Below are positions 24,319 through 24,757 of a stretch of 24,757 nucleotides of DNA, piece after piece. Below the pieces are notes generated by a model. It did no database searches. It was not told where the DNA came from and saw only the letters and a program-made list of their open reading frames with translations. Numbering within the stretch: the first letter of the stretch is position 1; each line of letters begins with the position of its first letter. Origin of the DNA: an uncultured Candidatus Bathyarchaeia archaeon (GTDB lineage: Archaea > Thermoproteota > Bathyarchaeia > 40CM-2-53-6 > CAVXDP01). A program made the translations under genes and the position numbers. The DNA lies in contig CAYGZB010000006.1 in NCBI GenBank assembly GCA_964354325.1, forward strand, positions 1 to 24,757, in the 5' to 3' direction.

Positions 24319-24757
24319 ATGTCCCAGAGATCGAAAGGTGCATTTGTGGTACTTGACGGCATTGACGGATGCGGAAAGAGTCTGCACTCGAAGCTTCTTA
24401 CAGATGGGTTGCAGGCTCGAGGATTCAACGCGGTACGTACTTGGGAACCATCTGAGAGTCACGTAGGCAAATTCATTCAGACGATGCTCATGACAGAGAA
24501 AATCCATCCGATGGTTGAGGCGTTACTCTTCGCGGCAGACCGGTATCAACATTTGCAGGCCGAGATCTTGCCCAGCCTTGAAAGTGGAAAGATAGTAGTC
24601 TGTGATCGCTATCTGCATTCTTCGTTGGCTTACCAAGGGGCTCAAGGCGTTAACATGAACTGGATAAAGACGATTAACGATTTCGCAGTGAAACCAGACA
24701 TCGTTTTCTATCTCGATGTTCCAGCCAGTGTGGGTCTAGCTAGAATAAGACGTAAGA
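24319..24757 (+). CDS. tmk: Thymidylate kinase (3' truncated by window edge; not in the ORF track)
   Basis: Manual translation from ATG 24319 gives MSQRSKGAFVVLDGIDGCGKS...WEPS...LLFAADR...CDRYLHSSLAYQG...KPDIVFYLDVP. Confidence 0.95.
   Translation, partial: MSQRSKGAFVVLDGIDGCGKSLHSKLLTDGLQARGFNAVRTWEPSESHVGKFIQTMLMTEKIHPMVEALLFAADRYQHLQAEILPSLESGKIVVCDRYLHSSLAYQGAQGVNMNWIKTINDFAVKPDIVFYLDVPASVGLARIRRK

Noticed and set aside
159-24507. Other short ORF-track entries antisense to or nested within annotated genes (e.g. 159-566, 13529-14038, 24274-24507)
   Set aside because: Shadows of well-supported genes; 24274-24507 is antisense to tmk.
1-24757. tRNA, rRNA, CRISPR array, IS element or provirus
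   Set aside because: No cloverleaf or T-loop motif, no long repeat-spacer array, and no transposase or integrase ORF seen by eye; tRNAscan-SE and Infernal were not run.

Overview
Intact archaeal housekeeping region from a TACK-type genome. A Bathyarchaeia-like origin is inferred from gene order and protein features and is not proven. It holds about 33 genes with no visible frameshifts, mobile elements, CRISPR arrays, tRNA or rRNA. A long minus-strand information-processing cluster runs SRP54, eL21, RpoF, DUF655, KsgA, TrmJ, uL16/L10e, PEP synthase, Dph2, METTL5-like, Csl4, RpoL, RNase III-like, DUF99, TFS, PCNA, PriL, PriS, GINS, eL42/L44e, eS27, aIF2-alpha, Nop10 and PAC2. It is followed by PAC2/HbYX, Hsp20, aIF5A, DHS, Clp1, a metallophosphoesterase, a PAC4-like protein, an HD dNTPase and tmk. 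The main observation is that three conserved genes (aIF2-alpha, uL16, Clp1) have family-like N-terminal coding sequence with no in-frame ATG/GTG/TTG. Their best-placed starts are TTC, ACG and ATA, two of them at correct Shine-Dalgarno spacing, and about 10 further genes start at TTG/GTG. This points to relaxed or regulated start-codon selection. A second observation is an ORF resembling eukaryotic proteasome chaperone PAC4/PSMG4 in the same window as two PAC2-family paralogs.
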